From contig CAZJVP010000090.1 of NCBI GenBank assembly GCA_964549615.1, forward strand, positions 17,418 through 81,417: 64,000 bases of DNA, written 5' to 3'. The stretch comes from an uncultured Thermococci archaeon. Its GTDB lineage: Archaea > CAYQAE01 > CAYVLA01. The translations under genes were made by a program, and so were the position numbers. The notes under the pieces are model-generated. The model had not been told where the DNA came from. It saw only the letters and a program-made list of their open reading frames with translations, and searched no databases. Positions 9,435-19,443 of the stretch are shown here, one piece after another (position 1 is the first letter of the stretch; the number at the start of each line of letters is the position of its first letter).

Positions 9435-11048
9435 ATGCCACGGGAGGGTTTCGTTGCGGAGGCCAAGCGGAAGCTGCTAGTTGCCCTCAGGATGCTGGGC
9501 GGCGAGAGACCTGCCAAGGCTTTCCCTGGCACCGAAAAGAAGATTGGGGAGATTATTCTTGAGGCCCGGGGCATCCGCAAGGTCTTCCCGGGCGTAATCG
9601 CCAACGACGGGGTCGACCTCGTCGTCAGGGCAGGCGAGATACACGCCCTGCTAGGTGAGAACGGGGCGGGCAAGACGACCCTAGTCAAGATCCTCTACGG
9701 CGTCTACTCGCCGGACGAGGGGGAGATAAGACTAGGGGGCCGGCCGGTGAAGATCGGGTCACCCAGGGATGCAAGGGACCTCGGCATAGGAATGGTTCAC
9801 CAGCATTTCATGCTCTCCGAGCCCAACACGGTTGCGGAGAACGTGGCGCTTGGCCTGCCGGAGGGACGAATCCTCCTTCCCGAGGAGGAAGTCAAGAGGC
9901 GGATCAAGGATTTCTCGGGCGTGTACGGACTGAGCGTCGACCCACAGGCGAAGGTCTGGCAGCTATCCGCCGGGGAGAAGCAAAAGATCGAAATACTCAA
10001 GGCCCTCATGGCAGGCGCAAGGCTGCTCATCCTGGACGAGCCGACGGCCGTTCTCACGCCTCTCGAGACCGAGGAGCTTTTCTCCGCGCTCAGGCTGATG
10101 GCCAAACAGGGCAAGGCGGTCATCTTCATAACGCACAAGCTCGACGAGGTACTGTCCGTGGCGGACTGCGTCACCGTCCTCAGGAAGGGCAAGGTCGTGG
10201 GCCACGTCAGGACACCGGACACTGATCGCACGCAGTTGGCCAACATGATGGTTGGCGCTGAGATCGCGCCCTCGAAGAGGCCGCCTGCCACCACGGGAGA
10301 GGTGGTGCTTGAAGTCATCGGACTGTCGGTAGTGGGCGATCGAGGGAACCAGGCATGTCGAGACCTGACCTTCAGCGTACGGGCTGGAGAGATACTGGGG
10401 ATCGCAGGAGTGGCTGGAAATGGCCAGCGAGAGCTCGTGGAGGCGCTGGCCGGGATCAGAAGCGTAGCATCGGGCTCCGTGAGGATCCTAGGTCGGGACG
10501 TCACCAACCAGGGGCCCAGGACCATCGCGAACCTTGGCGTGGCTTACATTCCAGAGGACAGGATAGGCATGGGAATCGTTCCCGACATGACCGTCAAGGA
10601 GAATCTAATTCTACGGAAGTACTGGCAGCCCGAGTTCTCGAGCGGAATGGTCCTGGATCGGAGCGCCATTGAGGGCTACGCTCGCGAGATGATACAAGCC
10701 TACGACATCATGACGCCAAGCCCGGACACCGTTGCCCGAAAGCTTTCGGGCGGAAACATACAGAGGCTGATCCTTGCTAGGGAAACCTCCGGCCGCCCCA
10801 GGCTCATCATAGCCTCCCATCCGACCTCCGGGCTCGACGTCAAGGCCACCAGCGACATCCGGGCCAGACTGCTCCAAGCGGCGAGCGACGGTTCGGCCAT
10901 ATTGTTGGACTCCGAGGACCTGGAGGAGATATTCGAACTCAGCGACAGGATCGCGGTCATCGTCAGAGGAGAGTTCGTGGGCATCGTCCCCAGGTCGGAG
11001 GCGACCGTCGAGAAGATAGGCCTGATGATGGGAGGGGCGAAGGCGTGA
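9435..11048 (+). CDS. Nucleoside/sugar ABC transporter ATP-binding protein (two ATPase domains)
   Basis: GENGAGKT Walker A, LSAGEKQ, LLILDEPT, second domain GVAGNGQ and LSGGNIQ; start uncertain. Confidence 0.9.
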   Translation: MPREGFVAEAKRKLLVALRMLGGERPAKAFPGTEKKIGEIILEARGIRKVFPGVIANDGVDLVVRAGEIHALLGENGAGKTTLVKILYGVYSPDEGEIRLGGRPVKIGSPRDARDLGIGMVHQHFMLSEPNTVAENVALGLPEGRILLPEEEVKRRIKDFSGVYGLSVDPQAKVWQLSAGEKQKIEILKALMAGARLLILDEPTAVLTPLETEELFSALRLMAKQGKAVIFITHKLDEVLSVADCVTVLRKGKVVGHVRTPDTDRTQLANMMVGAEIAPSKRPPATTGEVVLEVIGLSVVGDRGNQACRDLTFSVRAGEILGIAGVAGNGQRELVEALAGIRSVASGSVRILGRDVTNQGPRTIANLGVAYIPEDRIGMGIVPDMTVKENLILRKYWQPEFSSGMVLDRSAIEGYAREMIQAYDIMTPSPDTVARKLSGGNIQRLILARETSGRPRLIIASHPTSGLDVKATSDIRARLLQAASDGSAILLDSEDLEEIFELSDRIAVIVRGEFVGIVPRSEATVEKIGLMMGGAKA

Positions 11049-12142
11049 ACCCGCTTGCGGGAATCCGACGCGGAATCCCAAGGATCTCGGTGCAGAAGAG
11101 GCGGGAGCCCCTCACCTCGAGGCAGGGTTTCGTGCTCATGCTCTCGGCCGTTGCCGCGGGCATCCTGCTTGGGGGACTGATGTTCAGCCTCGTGGGCGTG
11201 AGTCCCCTATACGCCTACGGCAAGATCCTTCAGGGATCCTTTGGCAGCCCCCAGGGCTGGAAGGAGATAGGGAGGAAGTGTATCCCGTTGATGATGGCCG
11301 GCGTGGGCCTCGTGATAGCGTTCAGGGCGGTCTTCTGGAACATAGGAGCCGAGGGCCAAATGCTCGTCGGAGCCGTCGGTGCGACTTGGATCGCCCTGAG
11401 CTTCAAGGACGCGCCATCCTGGCTCCTGTTGCCGAGCATGTTCGCGATCGGCCTTGCCTTCGGCGCCCTTTTTTGCATAATCCCGGCCGTCCTGCGGTCC
11501 AAGTTCAACGTGAACGAAGTCATAACCACCCTCATGCTCAACTACATCGCGATGCAACTCGTGTCCTACCTGATCGACGGGCCGTGGAAGGGCAAGACCC
11601 AGCATGGATACCCGTACACCGACCCGTTCGTGGAGGCCGCCCGCATCCCTCGGATCCCCGGCACATACATCCACTATCCGACCCTCATCATGGCCGTCGT
11701 CGCGTGTATCGTGCTATACCATTTCCTAGAGAGGACGAAGGCAGGCTACGAAATCAAGGTTACCGGTTACACTTCACGGGCGGCACAGTACGCAGGGATA
11801 AGCTACACGAGAACCTTGCTGATAGTAGGCCTCATCAGCGGCGGGCTGGCCGGCGCAGCGGGGGTCGGGGAGGTCGCCGGCGTCCACGGCAGGTTGATGT
11901 ACCCGTACTACATCTCCGGCGGATACGGATTCACTGCCATCATCGTTGCCTGGCTAGCAAGGCTCCATCCCGCCGGGGTGATCGTCTCAAGCATGTTCGT
12001 GTCAGCCATCTTGGTGGGCGGCGACGCGATGCGCCTGAGGGTTCCGCTCGCATCGGTGAACATCTTCACGGGGCTTATCCTTCTGATGCTCGTCAGCACC
12101 GAGATCCTACGCACGCATTCCATCAAAGTGACCTGGGGGTGA
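11045..12142 (+). CDS. Nucleoside ABC transporter permease
   Basis: WNIGAEGQ, NEVITTLMLNY, GYGFTAIIVAWL; GTGA overlap with the ATPase. Confidence 0.9.
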   Translation: MNPLAGIRRGIPRISVQKRREPLTSRQGFVLMLSAVAAGILLGGLMFSLVGVSPLYAYGKILQGSFGSPQGWKEIGRKCIPLMMAGVGLVIAFRAVFWNIGAEGQMLVGAVGATWIALSFKDAPSWLLLPSMFAIGLAFGALFCIIPAVLRSKFNVNEVITTLMLNYIAMQLVSYLIDGPWKGKTQHGYPYTDPFVEAARIPRIPGTYIHYPTLIMAVVACIVLYHFLERTKAGYEIKVTGYTSRAAQYAGISYTRTLLIVGLISGGLAGAAGVGEVAGVHGRLMYPYYISGGYGFTAIIVAWLARLHPAGVIVSSMFVSAILVGGDAMRLRVPLASVNIFTGLILLMLVSTEILRTHSIKVTWG

Positions 12143-12169
12143 AACGGCACGACACTCCTTGATCAGGCG

Positions 12170-13078
12170 TTGTTCATTCTTCACAGGACGGTTGCCTTCG
12201 GGACGCCGCTTCTGCTGGCCACGCTGGGCGAGATCGTCGCAGAGCGGTCCGGGGTTCTCAACCTAGGGGTGGAGGGGATGATGTCCGTGGGAGCGATAAC
12301 CGCCTTCGCCACATCGATCGTCACGGGCAACCCTTGGGCCGGCGTGCTCGTCGGTGCCATCTGCGTCGGCTTCCTCTCGCTGCTCCACTCCTTCGCCAGC
12401 ATCAACCTGAGGGCCAACCAGGTGGTCTCGGGCCTCGCGCTGACCATGCTCGGCCTTGGGATCAGCGGCCTTCTCGGGAAGCGCTACGTGGGTATGCCGC
12501 CCGGCGGCACCATAAAAGCCATGAGGCTACCCGTCCTCAGCAGGATCCCGATCCTGGGCGATATCTTCTTCAATCAGGATGCGCTGGTGTATCTCTCGAT
12601 CGCGCTCGCACTGCTCATCTGGTTTGTCCTCTCCAAGACTAGGATCGGCCTCAACATAAGGGTGGTCGGGGAGAATCCGGCGGCCGCGGATGTGTCGGGA
12701 ATCAGCGTCTATGGCATTCGCCACCTGTGCGTCTTCGTCGGAGGGCTTCTCGCTGGGGTTGCGGGGGCCTACCTTTCCCTGGTCTACATACCTTCGTGGA
12801 CCGAGGGGATGACGGGTGGCCGCGGGTGGATAGTCATCGGGCTCACGATCTTCGCCTTCTGGAGCCCCCTGCGGGCCATCGTTTGCTCCTACATCTTCGG
12901 GCTCTTCTACGTTCTTCCTTACAGCCTGCAGCCCCTGGGAATACACGTGAGCATCCTGCAGTCGATGCCCTATATCGTCACCATTCTTTCCCTTGTGGCA
13001 ATATCGAGAGAGTCGTTGAGGAAACGCATGGGCGCACCGCAGGCCCTCTCCAAGGCCTACGTCCGTGAGGAGATCTGA
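12170..13078 (+). CDS. Nucleoside ABC transporter permease
   Basis: ERSGVLNLGVEGMM, GENPAAAD, GRGWI motifs. Confidence 0.9.
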   Translation: MFILHRTVAFGTPLLLATLGEIVAERSGVLNLGVEGMMSVGAITAFATSIVTGNPWAGVLVGAICVGFLSLLHSFASINLRANQVVSGLALTMLGLGISGLLGKRYVGMPPGGTIKAMRLPVLSRIPILGDIFFNQDALVYLSIALALLIWFVLSKTRIGLNIRVVGENPAAADVSGISVYGIRHLCVFVGGLLAGVAGAYLSLVYIPSWTEGMTGGRGWIVIGLTIFAFWSPLRAIVCSYIFGLFYVLPYSLQPLGIHVSILQSMPYIVTILSLVAISRESLRKRMGAPQALSKAYVREEI

Positions 13079-13315
13079 CCTCATTCGCCGCCTGAAAGGG
13101 TGGCAAGCCAGAAGCAACGGAACGAGTGCGGGGCCCCACTTCCCCAAGCCCTCTTCGCGGGCCTTCTCTTAGCGACTGGTCCGTGCCCGTCGTTGTCAAT
13201 ATCGTCCTTGACCTCAAGGTCCTGGGGGGTAGGGAGGGGAATGTGACGCCGGAAATCTTTTTCAACCGGGAAACGACTCAATCGGACGGCGCTAAGCGCC
13301 CCAGGAGAGGGTTTA

Positions 13316-14512
13316 GTGGGTGAAAAGCTCAACTATGTGATAGTGGCCGTCGTCGTGGCCGTGATCGCCGTGGTAGCTACCTACTACCTCGCGCCTGGGA
13401 AAGCTGCCAAGAACGTCACCGAGATGAAGAAGGTCAAGGCTGGCTTCATCTACGTTGGACCGATCGGAGACCTGGGATGGACGAACGCGCACGACAGGGC
13501 AAGGAGAATCGTCGACGAGAAATTCGACTGGCTCGAAACGGTGTACATCGAATCGGTGCCAATCGACCAGACGGGGGCGATGATCGACAGGCTGATCAAC
13601 GACGAGAAGTGCGACATCATCTTCACCACGAGCTTCGACTTCATGGAGCCAACCGTCGAAGCTGCAAAGAACCACCCTTCAACGGTGTTCATGCACTGTT
13701 CCGGCTACAAGACTGCGGAGAACCTTGGAGTCTACTTCGCCGACTTCTACCAGCTCTACTACCTCAATGGTCTGATGGCAGGGGCACTCACCAAGACAGG
13801 CAAACTGGGCTACGTCGGTGCACACCCGATTCCCGAGGTGCTGCGCCACATCAACGCGTTCGCCATTGGAGCCAAGGAGGTCAACCCCAACGCCAAGGTC
13901 TACGTGCGCTGGATCAACAACTGGTACGATCCGACGAAGGCCAAGGAGGCGGCGAACGCCCTAGTGGGTGAGGGCTGCGACGTCCTTGCCTTCACGGAGG
14001 ACTCGGCAACCGTGGTTCAGGAGGCTGAGAGGTTCACCAACGAGGGCAAGCAGGTGTACTCCTTCAGCCACTACAGCCCGATGGGGAACTTCGGAAACAA
14101 CTCGTGCGTCAGCGGCCAGCTGGTCCACTGGGAGGACCTCTACGAGATCATATTGCAGCGGTTCTACACGGGTACGTGGGACAACCGTGCCTACGACTAC
14201 CTGCTCTCAGAGGGAGGCGTCGAACTCGGTGCTAGGTTCGGGGAACCCATCAATCCCAAGTTCATCCCCGACCTCAAGGCAAAGAAAGTGAACGACCGAC
14301 TGCTTGGCGAGATAAGCGTCTATGACCTTGTCATGAAGAGAATCGAGCAGATGAAACAGACCTCGGTCGCCTTCGATCCTTTCACAGGGCCCATCTACGA
14401 CCAGAACGGGAACCTCAAGTTCAGGGATGGCGAGAGGGCTAGCTATGCCGCCCTCTACGGAGCCGACATGAACTGGTTCGTCGACAACGTCGTGGGCAGC
14501 CCAAGCGGCTAG
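13316..14512 (+). CDS. BMP family ABC substrate-binding protein (purine nucleoside type)
   Basis: N-terminal TM anchor, GFIYVGPIGDLGWT, INAFAIGA, WYDPTKAKEAA. Confidence 0.9.
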   Translation: MGEKLNYVIVAVVVAVIAVVATYYLAPGKAAKNVTEMKKVKAGFIYVGPIGDLGWTNAHDRARRIVDEKFDWLETVYIESVPIDQTGAMIDRLINDEKCDIIFTTSFDFMEPTVEAAKNHPSTVFMHCSGYKTAENLGVYFADFYQLYYLNGLMAGALTKTGKLGYVGAHPIPEVLRHINAFAIGAKEVNPNAKVYVRWINNWYDPTKAKEAANALVGEGCDVLAFTEDSATVVQEAERFTNEGKQVYSFSHYSPMGNFGNNSCVSGQLVHWEDLYEIILQRFYTGTWDNRAYDYLLSEGGVELGARFGEPINPKFIPDLKAKKVNDRLLGEISVYDLVMKRIEQMKQTSVAFDPFTGPIYDQNGNLKFRDGERASYAALYGADMNWFVDNVVGSPSG

Positions 14513-14537
14513 AGCTTTCCCAGAAAGAACATAGGCT

Positions 14538-14570
14538 GGGCGGCCAAGACCGCCCCTCTTTTTTTCGTTT
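14538..14570 (+). terminator. Hairpin plus T-tract terminator after the ABC operon
   Basis: GGGCGG-ccaaga-CCGCCC followed by ctcTTTTTTT. Confidence 0.7.
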
Positions 14571-14791
14571 CCCCTATGCCCATCCGCATGGAGCTGCGGC
14601 GTCAAGGAATCGGCCGGCTTTTTCCCTCATCGGCGATCGATCGCGATCAGCCACGCGTCCCGCGGCTTGAACCGCAGGCCAAACCGGCAAGGATCCCGAC
14701 CAGGGCTGGGCCGCCGAAGGCAGGCCCGCGAGCGATGCGCAGCACGTGACCCTGAGGCGCGTGGGATACAATTTTCAGGCCTGCCCAAAAC

Positions 14792-15106
14792 GTGGAAGCG
14801 TTGCCCGAGCAGGACGCAGCGAACCGGATCGAGGCGGCCATCCGAAGGGAGAGGCGGCCCTTGAGGCTGTCTGAACTCAGGAAGTTGCTGGGACTGGACC
14901 GTTCCGAGTCCGGTCGCCTACTCCGAATACTAAGGGAGGACGGCAGGTTCTATAGGGTCGGGTCCTCCTGGCACGCAAGGGGAGCCCCTCTCAAGATCAC
15001 GGTCAGGTTCTGCCCGAACTGCGGCTGGAAGGCGGTCAAGTATGGAGGGGGCTTCTATCGCTGCCCGAACTGCCAGATCAGGTTCCACTTCACATGGCTG
15101 GCTTGA
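14792..15106 (+). CDS. Small wHTH plus zinc-ribbon protein
   Basis: Helical N-terminus LRLSELRKLLGLDRSE, then CPNC...CPNC. Confidence 0.6.
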   Translation: MEALPEQDAANRIEAAIRRERRPLRLSELRKLLGLDRSESGRLLRILREDGRFYRVGSSWHARGAPLKITVRFCPNCGWKAVKYGGGFYRCPNCQIRFHFTWLA

Positions 15107-15114
15107 TGGCCGGC

Positions 15115-15711
15115 TCAGCTCCCGGCCCCGTAAACGATGAAGAGGAAAGTCTCCACGCCGGCGGCCACGATGAGGAGCAGCAACACGATCAAGAATGAGC
15201 CCAGGACCTTTCTCAGGTCAGACACAAGGATTCTGGTCGGCGCCTCGCCCTCGCCCTTCATCCAGTACCGTACGACGAGGAAGGCATCGCTTCCCAGAAG
15301 GAACCCGAACGATCCCGCCAAGAAGGTCGCTGGGAGTTCGAATGCGCCGTGGGGAAGGATGGCAGTCAGAAAGTTGAGAACCGGCTTCTCCGATCTGGCA
15401 AGGACGATGCCCAATGGCAGCCCGTTCACCAGTAATATGAAGGCGGGGGGTATCCCGAAAACGATGCCCCCGAAGGCCATCAGCACGCATATCGAGAGAT
15501 TGTGAACCAGTATCTTTGAGAAGATCCTGCCCGGCCCCCGTGTGTTTTCGAAGTCCGCCTGCATCCTCTCCGCCACGATATGGTGAAGCCTGTCAGCGAG
15601 GGCGGGCTTCAAAGTGTCGATCATGACCCCCGCGACAAACCCGACCAGGTATAGGCCGATCGCTGCGAGGATCATTTTCTTCCTCAGGGCGGTCTTTCTT
15701 CCCACAGACAT
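15115..15711 (-). CDS. SpoIIM/DUF95 family membrane protein
   Basis: ILVHN, NGLPLG, ILPHGAFELPA, VAAGVE signature; start uncertain (15711 or 15674). Confidence 0.85.
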   Translation of the reverse strand: MSVGRKTALRKKMILAAIGLYLVGFVAGVMIDTLKPALADRLHHIVAERMQADFENTRGPGRIFSKILVHNLSICVLMAFGGIVFGIPPAFILLVNGLPLGIVLARSEKPVLNFLTAILPHGAFELPATFLAGSFGFLLGSDAFLVVRYWMKGEGEAPTRILVSDLRKVLGSFLIVLLLLIVAAGVETFLFIVYGAGS

Positions 15712-15821
15712 TCCAATGGTCGCCAGATTTTGAAATAGATATTCCCAACGATGCAATCTATTTCAGAATTCCCACAATCTATTCTTTGGGAATGTCGCGA
15801 GGAAATCGCAACCGTCTGAGC

Positions 15822-15838
15822 AAAAAAGCTATTTATAC
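15822..15838 (+). promoter_or_regulatory. Archaeal BRE/TATA promoter upstream of the putative ncRNA and dnaG
   Basis: AAAAAAGCTATTTATA: purine-rich BRE followed by TTTATA at 15832-15837. Confidence 0.65.
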
Positions 15839-15864
15839 CCGCCACGGATAACTATAATGCTACA

Positions 15865-16410
15865 CGTCATTGGGTCCCACGGAGAGTAACTGGTGAATCC
15901 CGAGCGATGATCCGTCGGACAACCCCGCGTAGCAACAGGGAACGCTGACACGACCCTCCGCGAGGACACCTGGGCAGAGGGAGGATCGACCGCACGAGGA
16001 AGCCCGGGGGTTAGTGCCGAGGGGTACAGGCGCTCCCACGCCGGGGAGGCGGCGTAGCAAGAGGTGTATAGGGAGGTTCGCAAGAGTCAAGGTAATCTCG
16101 ACTCGGATCACTTATCGAATCGGGTAAGGGAGGATGAAATCGAACTCAAGATAACCTTGGGGCGCAAGAGGGACATCGAAGGGATCGGTGCCGCTGATCT
16201 TTGGCCGTACTCCGCATATCTTCACGGATGGAATGGTTGGGTAGTCACAGGACACGTGGCCTGCGCTTAGGACGCTCATCGATATCGATGCTACGGGGAC
16301 TCGTGAGCGCGCACATCCGGGCGGGGATCATGCGGCAATTCCTGAGATCTCCCGAGCAGCGCTGAGAAAGCCTCCTTCTGTCGTTTCGTCTCCGAGCCGG
16401 GATTACGATA
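15865..16410 (+). ncRNA. Putative large structured RNA or 5' leader upstream of dnaG (family not recognised)
   Basis: No credible ORF; promoter upstream; long-range complementarities (15872-78/16296-302, 15896-902/16398-404, 15907-13/16325-31) and several local hairpins. Confidence 0.55.
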
Positions 16411-16425
16411 TGGGAAGTGGTGATA

Positions 16426-17595
16426 ATGGCGATGGAAAAACGCAAGGAAGGCGAAGGGCAACCTGAAACGACCACCACGAAGTATGAGATTTACGCTCAG
16501 ATCGAAACCGACGGGGTCGTTGAGAAGCCCGATGTCATAGGCGCCATCTTCGGCCAAACGGAAGGCCTTCTCGGGGACGACCTGGACCTCAGGGAGCTCC
16601 TCAAGACTGGGCGCATCGGGAGGATAGAGGCGGAAATAACCTCAAGGGGCGGGAAGTCGACGGGCATCATACGACTGCCCAGCAGCTTGGACAAGATAGA
16701 AACTGCAATACTGGCGGCGTCCCTCGAAACCGTGGACAGGGTTGGCCCGTGCGAGGCCCGGATAAACGTCCTTCGCATCGAGGACGTGAGGGCCGCCAAG
16801 AGGAGGGTGCTCGTGGAACGTGCCAAGGCGATACTGAGCAACCTCTTCGAGGACGTTGCGATAGACACCAGCGAGATCAGCAGCGAGATAAAGCAATCCT
16901 TCAAGGTCGGGGAGATCACCAAGTATGGACCTGAGAACCTTCCCGCTGGGCCGAGCGTGGAGGAGTCGGACTCGCTCATAATTGTGGAGGGAAGGGCAGA
17001 CGTCCTAAACCTTCTGAAGAGCGGGATCAAGAACTGCATCGCGGTCGAGGGCACCAACATACCGAAGACGGTCGCGGAGCTTTCCAAGAAGAAGACCACG
17101 ATAGCCTTCGTAGACGGGGACAGGGGAGGCGAGCTGATCCTGAGGGAGCTATTGCAGGTCGGCCACGTTGACTACATCGCACAGGCCCCGCCGGGCAAGA
17201 GCGTCGAGGACATGACGCGCAAGGAGATAATCACCGCCCTGAAGAACAGGATCACCGTCGACCAGTATATGTCCCAGCGGGAGAAGAAGAGGATTGATCA
17301 GAGCCCGGAGATGCAGAAGTTCAGGGAACTGCTCCGGTCGATTCAAGGGACCAGGAAGTCCAAGCTTCTGGACGGCGAGCTGAACCCGATCGGAGAGGTG
17401 GACGTCTCGAACCTGATTGACAGCTTCAAGGGTTCGCAGGGAGTGGTCGCGGTGGTGTTGGATGGGATCATCACGCAGAGGCTCATAGATGTGGCTGCGG
17501 ATGCCAACGTTCGCTACCTGGTCGGGGTCAAGATCGGCAACGTGACGAAGAAGCCGCCCAACCTGAGGATCCTGTCCCAGCGGGACCTTTCCTAG
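16426..17595 (+). CDS. dnaG: Archaeal DnaG-like primase / exosome-associated subunit
   Basis: GVVEKPDVIGAIFGQTEGLLG, LETVDRVGPC, TOPRIM motifs IIVEGRADV and DGDRGG; GGTGA RBS at 16419-23. Confidence 0.96.
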   Translation: MAMEKRKEGEGQPETTTTKYEIYAQIETDGVVEKPDVIGAIFGQTEGLLGDDLDLRELLKTGRIGRIEAEITSRGGKSTGIIRLPSSLDKIETAILAASLETVDRVGPCEARINVLRIEDVRAAKRRVLVERAKAILSNLFEDVAIDTSEISSEIKQSFKVGEITKYGPENLPAGPSVEESDSLIIVEGRADVLNLLKSGIKNCIAVEGTNIPKTVAELSKKKTTIAFVDGDRGGELILRELLQVGHVDYIAQAPPGKSVEDMTRKEIITALKNRITVDQYMSQREKKRIDQSPEMQKFRELLRSIQGTRKSKLLDGELNPIGEVDVSNLIDSFKGSQGVVAVVLDGIITQRLIDVAADANVRYLVGVKIGNVTKKPPNLRILSQRDLS

Positions 17596-17737
17596 GTTCC
17601 TGAGGCGCGCCGGGAGCGGGAAAGCCGGCTGAACCGCTGAAAATATTTATAATGCGCGGTGGGCTATTTGCTGCAGGGGCCGCTGCTGCTGGAGCTACAA
17701 TCCGCGATTCCGGCCGGCGGCATCCGGGTTGATTCTC

Positions 17738-18442
17738 ATGCCCATGAGGCCATTCAGGTGTTATCGCAGGCTCGAGCCTAGGCCGTATGCCAGACGGGAT
17801 TTCGTCAAGGGGGTGCCTGGCTCCAAGATCGTGACCTTCGACATGGGAGGAAGGATCGAGAAGTTTCCGGTTAAGGTCACGCTGTACGCGGCTGAAGGCG
17901 TGCAGATTCGCCATAATGCGCTCGAGGCCTCCAGAGTCATGGCGAACAGGTATCTTCTCAAGGCTCTCGGGAAGTACGACTATCATCTCAAGGTTCAAAC
18001 AGTGCCTCACCACATCCTAAGGGAGAACGCCATGGCAACCGGCGCGGGGGCCGACAGGTATCAGACCGGCATGCGCGAATCCTTCGGGCGGCCCATTGGC
18101 TACGCCGCGCGGGTCAAGCGGGGACAGCCGATCATGACGGTATGGGTGTACTCCGGAAGGGAAAAGGAAGCCCGGGAAGCACTGCGCAGGGCGAAGATGA
18201 AGCTCCCAATGAAGTGCCGCATGGGGGTCGAGTACGTCCAGGTCGACACTTCGAGGCTGGCGAGGATAGCCGAGCTGGAGCGCTTGGAGAGCGAGCGGGA
18301 GGCCAGGCGGGCTGCCGAGGAGGCGGCAAAGGCAGAGGCCGCTGCGAAGATGGCCGTTGAGGCGGCAGAGGGCGGAAAGGTCGAGGAAAACAAGGAGGCC
18401 GAGGCGGGGAAACGCGCGAGAGCGTCCAAGGAAGAAGCCTAG
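17738..18442 (+). CDS. rpl10e: 50S ribosomal protein L10e (uL16) with C-terminal extension
   Basis: RPFRCYR, QIRHNALEASR, RENAMATGAGADRYQTGMRESFGRP, ALRRAKMKLP. Confidence 0.96.
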   Translation: MPMRPFRCYRRLEPRPYARRDFVKGVPGSKIVTFDMGGRIEKFPVKVTLYAAEGVQIRHNALEASRVMANRYLLKALGKYDYHLKVQTVPHHILRENAMATGAGADRYQTGMRESFGRPIGYAARVKRGQPIMTVWVYSGREKEAREALRRAKMKLPMKCRMGVEYVQVDTSRLARIAELERLESEREARRAAEEAAKAEAAAKMAVEAAEGGKVEENKEAEAGKRARASKEEA

Positions 18443-19368
18443 GGAGCCGGGCTTGAGTTCTGCTTCTTGAAAACGATCTGCCTAGCCCTTTTCATGACCT
18501 CCTCAAACACCGCCGCCACGGTCTGCTCCACGGTAATGCTTTCGATGATGATGGTTCCCTCCTCCTTTGCCCTAGAGATGAGGTACTCCTGTATCGTCCT
18601 TATCTTGGGGAACTCGTCAAGATAGCTCTGCACCGGCCTCTTGGTCACGAGCGATTCCGAGCGCATGAACATCCTACTGCGGTGCTGCTCCTCGTCGCTA
18701 GCAGTTAGCACAACCAACACCACGTTGGGTCTATCCATTATCTCGCGCCTGAGGAAGCCTGGGACGAGGTGGACGCCTTCCAGGATCAGGCTCAAACCCT
18801 CCCTCAGCGCCCTCTCTATGACCGCCTCCACCCCCACCAGCACGTACTTGGCGTGCTCCTCAAACCCTGTTATGGTTCGGTCCTCCCCAGGCGCAATGGG
18901 CGTCCTTATTGCCTTCCAGGCCGTGTAGGAAGAAAGGTGCAGGGTGGGCATTAGCTCCGGCGAGATGATCTTTCTCATGACCTCCCTGACGGCATCGGTG
19001 CCTATGACGTGCATGATGCCGAGCCGCGCGGCCAACTGGGCGGCCGTCGTCGATTTCCCGACGCCGGTCGCGCCGCTGATGAGGATCACCATGGGCTCGC
19101 GCCCGTGCTGCACCTGCCTCCAGGTGATGTATCTCTCCGCCCCCTCCTCCCCTACCAAGGCCAGGATGTTCTGTCGCGCTAGCTCCCTGATCTCGGTCCT
19201 TCTCACCCGGGTCCGCCCCTCGCTGATCAGGTGCGCCTCTATGTTTCTGGCGATTCTGTTAGCCGCTTCCGGATCTATGCCGGCGGCGGTGAGCGATTGG
19301 GCGAGGATTCCCTTAGAGAAAGGAGCTACATGTCCTGCCGATTCGACGAGTATGATAGGGGTTCCCAA
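18439..19368 (-). CDS. pgk2: 2-phosphoglycerate kinase
   Basis: ATP-cone N-terminus PFSKGILAQSL, P-loop GATGVGKST, TDAVREVMR, LEGVHLVPG. Confidence 0.88.
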   Translation of the reverse strand: MGTPIILVESAGHVAPFSKGILAQSLTAAGIDPEAANRIARNIEAHLISEGRTRVRRTEIRELARQNILALVGEEGAERYITWRQVQHGREPMVILISGATGVGKSTTAAQLAARLGIMHVIGTDAVREVMRKIISPELMPTLHLSSYTAWKAIRTPIAPGEDRTITGFEEHAKYVLVGVEAVIERALREGLSLILEGVHLVPGFLRREIMDRPNVVLVVLTASDEEQHRSRMFMRSESLVTKRPVQSYLDEFPKIRTIQEYLISRAKEEGTIIIESITVEQTVAAVFEEVMKRARQIVFKKQNSSPAP

Positions 19369-19443
19369 GTTACATCCTCTTGGCCGGTAGGCGCAGGACC
19401 GTACGTATCTGCTTGCGGGAATATAAAGGGTTGGGTCCCTGAC

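Noticed and set aside
12140-12170. The two permeases are in frame across one TGA (possible readthrough or Sec fusion)
   Set aside because: These permeases are normally separate genes, a TTG start exists at 12170, and no SECIS evidence is seen.
15865-16410. RNase P RNA or SRP RNA
   Set aside because: GAGGAAG is present near 15996, but there is no matching P4 partner (ACAGAA...GCUUA), no GAAACG region and no SRP helix-8 motif. Kept as an unknown RNA.
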